Shown: positions 60,643 through 64,000 of the stretch, one piece after another
Layout of the letters: the number at the start of each line of letters is the position of its first letter
How positions within the stretch are numbered: the stretch's first letter is position 1
Made by a program: the position numbers and the translations under genes
Notes under the pieces: model-generated
Database searches by the model: none
The model's input: the letters and a program-made list of their open reading frames with translations, nothing else
Told to the model about the DNA's origin: nothing
Assembly: GCF_031769215.1 (NCBI RefSeq)
Contig: NW_026782110.1
Location: 434,001 to 498,000, forward strand
Source of the DNA: Ylistrum balloti
Taxonomy: Eukaryota
Length of the DNA stretch: 64,000 bases
Direction of reading: 5' to 3'

Positions 60643-62060
60643 GCTTTTCAAGAGTATGAATGGTGAATGCAGAATGTTCGTCGGTCACCTAGATATAGCC
60701 GAGTGTCATCTCTTGAAACGAGAAACTCGTATATACTTTTCTGACGCGTGTCATGTCATTTTGTATATTGAGCTGAAGACAGCCCACTGATTCCTTGTAT
60801 AAACACTTGGTACCGTTACGATCGAACGTCGAACGGGTCACGGACACGGGTCCGTGCACACACCCTGTAATTACGTATATATAAGACCAGAACGAAATCA
60901 GTTATAATTAATATAAACACTTACAGAAGGTATAATTAAAATTTCCATCAATCGGTGCTTGTGATTAGTAGAGTTTACTGTAACACAATATATATCGATA
61001 CAGGTCAGTGTACAACGTCATTGAACACTAATGGTCAACGCAAATGGTCGAACACAATGTTTAACTTGTCTATAACAATATATGCGTACATTTTTATTCA
61101 AACCACATACACGTTATTCATGTATAGAACTTGATCGAACTGGTTTTGTGAATTTTATATCATACCGGATATACACGTAGCTTCTATATCTCCGGCGTGT
61201 ATGGAAAACACGTTTATAATTTTTACGAGCTAACGTCGAACTGGTCACGCGACATGGGTCAGAGCATATCGCTACTGTCCTTTTACGTGTATTTAAGAGT
61301 TGAACGAAAAAACAATTAAAATCAATATAAACATATGCAGTGGGTATAATTAAAGCCCTCATCGAACGGAAGTTGAGTTTAGTAGATTTTACTGTTGCAC
61401 CTATTTTTCCATATCGAACTGCCGTTACTGAACACTTAAGAGCCATCAAAATGGCCGAAACACTGCCTTATATGACCTGTGCGTTGGCATGGAGCTTGAC
61501 CAGAATAATGAAGTGACCTGTAAACCGGTCGGACGTTTTCATTGAACACATTTTATCAGTTACTTGTGATGACGAGAAATGTGTTGTTTTTTTAACTGTT
61601 TTAATTAGTACGGGGAAAACTTGAACGCCTTTTTGTATACGTGCATGTAAACCATTTAATTGATGTATAGCTTGACCTTTTAGGGGCAGAAGAGTTTCAA
61701 ACTTTATATCATACATGGTATACACGTATGTAAATTTAAACGTCGACGTGCAAATTTGATTGACAAGCTAATGCATGTGTATCAAAGTAGGGGTGGGGAG
61801 TGTATAACGATATACTGAATGTCGAAAAAGGACGACGCACGGGCCAGAGAAATTATGAGAAATTATCATTTCGAGAGGACAATATACGATAGAAAAGAAA
61901 AAGAAAGAAAAATGCCTTTTGTGTCAGTGCTGGACATCGAATCCGTTTATCTGAAAGCATCGTTACATTTACGTAATTCTATATATATCTAAATAAGAAG
62001 AAAACCCAATTTCTTTGCGTATATTCGAGTGAAATGGACACTTGTTGAGAAGAAGTGGGT

Positions 62061-62076
62061 GGCTCTGAAAAGAGCC
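62061..62076 (-). terminator. Histone-type 3' stem-loop, copy 26
   Basis: Identical to copy 1. Confidence 0.88.
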
Positions 62077-62102
62077 GTTGTTAGGGTTTAGGACTGTCAT
62101 CG

Positions 62103-62429
62103 TCACTCTTCATCTTCGTCTTCTGATCCCGAAACAACGTCTACAATTTCGCCATACAGGTCCTTTCGGAGTGCGGAGATGTCTTCGGCTTTTTGGTGAG
62201 CGTAGTCGTAATACATGTTTCGGAGGCCTTCGACAACCGACATTCGAAGTCTGTAACTGTAGCGAAATGATCGTAGTCCGTGTCTCTTGGCGCCGAGGTA
62301 ACGAGACTGCATGTCGTCCAGTTTGTAATTCAGTAGTACGATCTGTTCACAAGCCCTTCGGAATCGACGTTCATTGTCGAGCAGGACGAAGCGTTGGTCA
62401 AGTGGAGAGTTTCGTGCTATGGCCTTCAT
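62103..62429 (-). CDS. 108-aa protein, copy 26
   Basis: Intact; private IVLLN and LRSF changes. Confidence 0.68.
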   Translation of the reverse strand: MKAIARNSPLDQRFVLLDNERRFRRACEQIVLLNYKLDDMQSRYLGAKRHGLRSFRYSYRLRMSVVEGLRNMYYDYAHQKAEDISALRKDLYGEIVDVVSGSEDEDEE

Positions 62430-64000
62430 GCTTTTCAAGAGTATGAATGGTGAATGCAGAATGTTCGTCGGTCACCTAGATATAGCCGAGTGTCATCTCT
62501 TGAAACGAGAAACTCGTATATACTTTTCTGACGCGTGTCATGTCATTTTGTATATTGAGCTGAAGGCAGCCCACTGATTCCTTGTATAAACACTTGTTAC
62601 CGTTACGATCGAACGTCGAACGGGTCGCGGACACGGGTCCGTGCACACACCTGTAAACACGAATGTATAGGACCAGAACGAAATCAATTATAATTAATAT
62701 AAACACGTACAGAAGTTATCATTAAAATGTCCATCAATCGGTGCTTGTGATTTGTTTACTGTAACACAATATATATCGCTACAGGTCATTGTATCACGTC
62801 ATTGAACATTATTGGTCATACCCAAATGGCCGAACACATTTTATGATGGATTATCCCAATATACGCTCACGTGCATTTTCCTGGTTTTTCTTTTCTTTTT
62901 TTTTTTTTTGATAATTTTTTTTATTTTTCAAGATTTTACATGTTGTCCTGTTTCCTGGTTTTCCTTTTCAAACTTCTTTACCTTTCATGTCCCGTTGCAC
63001 ATTCAACTGAATTCCAGGTTGACTCGGCCAAATACTTTGCTTCATGATAACCTCAATATGAGTAGCCAGCGGTCTATAAGTGGAAGTATGGATGAAATGA
63101 AGCCTATTTAAATCTATTGTCTGTAAATGAAAGAATTTACATAATGCTATTGTGGTACCAGAATCTGTTACTCAAGATGATATTTATAATAGCGTTAGTA
63201 ACTATACTGGTGTATTACTACGTACCATGGAGTCATTCATTTTACATTTACGTCGTAATAGCAACTTTGATAATGAGTCTTGTTTAAATACTGTCGATAG
63301 AAACACTGGCAAACCTTGGTCCTATCAAAATCTCGTCATATATCCTATAAACATGTTTTTTACGTTCAAAAAGAAGAAAACTGTTTCCAATCATACTTTA
63401 AAAGAGTTCGATAAAAATAAGAAAAAATATACAAGACATGAAGGTGACATGATGGAATATATGAAAATAAATAAAGAAAAATCTTCACAGTCCTGTTAAA
63501 AAAATATCAACAAGTCGGTCTTTCGCTTATATATTAAAAAATGACGACTGTTAAAGCTATGCCGTGAATGCCATTAATCGGACATACCAAGAGAATAAAG
63601 TTCACGTTTAATAGATGCAACCCATTTTTTACAGTGTGGGTTTGCTGCACACTCAATGTAACTAGTATCTTGATGGCATACATTTAGTACACAAATACGT
63701 GAATTTAGAAGTTTGCACCAATACTTCGTAATTCTTAGTTTTCTTGCAATTAAGGAAATCTACCTAACTCAAAATAAACCATTGAGTTCCAAGTTGAAGT
63801 CCAGGCAAAAAATCAGACGGAGTCGTTCAATTTCCTGTGAAAGCCCCAAACCTCACAGGCGTAGTTACACTGTCAACATAAATATCAAAAACTGACAACA
63901 ACGTACACAATTTTATCAGCATATTCTTATATATCCGTATAGTGAGCTTCCCTACCCTGTGCAGCGAACTGCTTCAATTCATTTTAAATTTATTCCCTAA

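Larger units (their letters stand above)
15265..62840 (-). repeat. Head-to-tail tandem array (macrosatellite / amplified gene cluster) of ~26.3 units of about 1.8 kb plus one ~0.58-kb partial unit
   Basis: The same ORF set recurs with period 1803 (units 1-7) or mostly 1802-1807; homology starts at 15265 (tataattaaaatttcc) and ends at 62840 (cgaacacatt). Confidence 0.97.

Noticed and set aside
15265-62840. Array as a true histone cluster, or as 5S/rDNA/snRNA repeats
   Set aside because: I found no histone-like coding sequence and no recognisable rRNA, tRNA or snRNA sequence in the unit; only the stem-loop is histone-type.
15265-62840. Array as Helitron, CRESS-virus or TRIM concatemer
   Set aside because: No Rep/helicase ORF, no hairpin-plus-CTRR terminus, no TAGTATTAC-type nonamer, and no TG...CA repeat with PBS/PPT; the ~135-bp terminal redundancy follows trivially from a non-integer copy number.
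62812-63895. ORFs of 99, 115 and 60 aa right of the array
   Set aside because: Low-complexity or non-ATG starts and no recognisable domain; 63152-63499 could contain an exon, but I cannot support it.

Overview
AT-rich metazoan genomic DNA; mollusc/bivalve is my inference from the repeat content, not shown by the sequence. No conventional host gene is recognisable. 1-7.9 kb holds decayed retroelements (Penelope-like RT remnant, 5'-truncated L1/Tx1-type LINE), a (GAT)n microsatellite and 45-bp and 27-bp minisatellites. 7,917-15,264 is a very young BEL/Pao LTR retrotransposon on the minus strand: one intact 2,102-aa gag-pol ORF and LTRs differing at 1 of 440 compared positions. It has no tRNA-type PBS; instead the first nucleotides of its predicted transcript are complementary to the PBS position, suggesting Tf1-like self-priming. 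The outer 26 bp of its 5' LTR are missing, replaced by the start of a 47.6-kb head-to-tail array (15,265-62,840) of about 26 units of ~1.8 kb. Main observation: every unit carries an intact, intronless 108-aa NON-histone ORF (predicted helical hairpin with acidic tail) followed 26 nt after its stop by a canonical replication-dependent histone mRNA 3' stem-loop (AAC-GGCTCTTTTCAGAGCC-ACCCA) and preceded by a TATA-like box and CATTC cap-site motifs. This is histone-gene architecture and histone-like tandem amplification around a non-histone cargo. All comparisons were made by eye; no searches were run.
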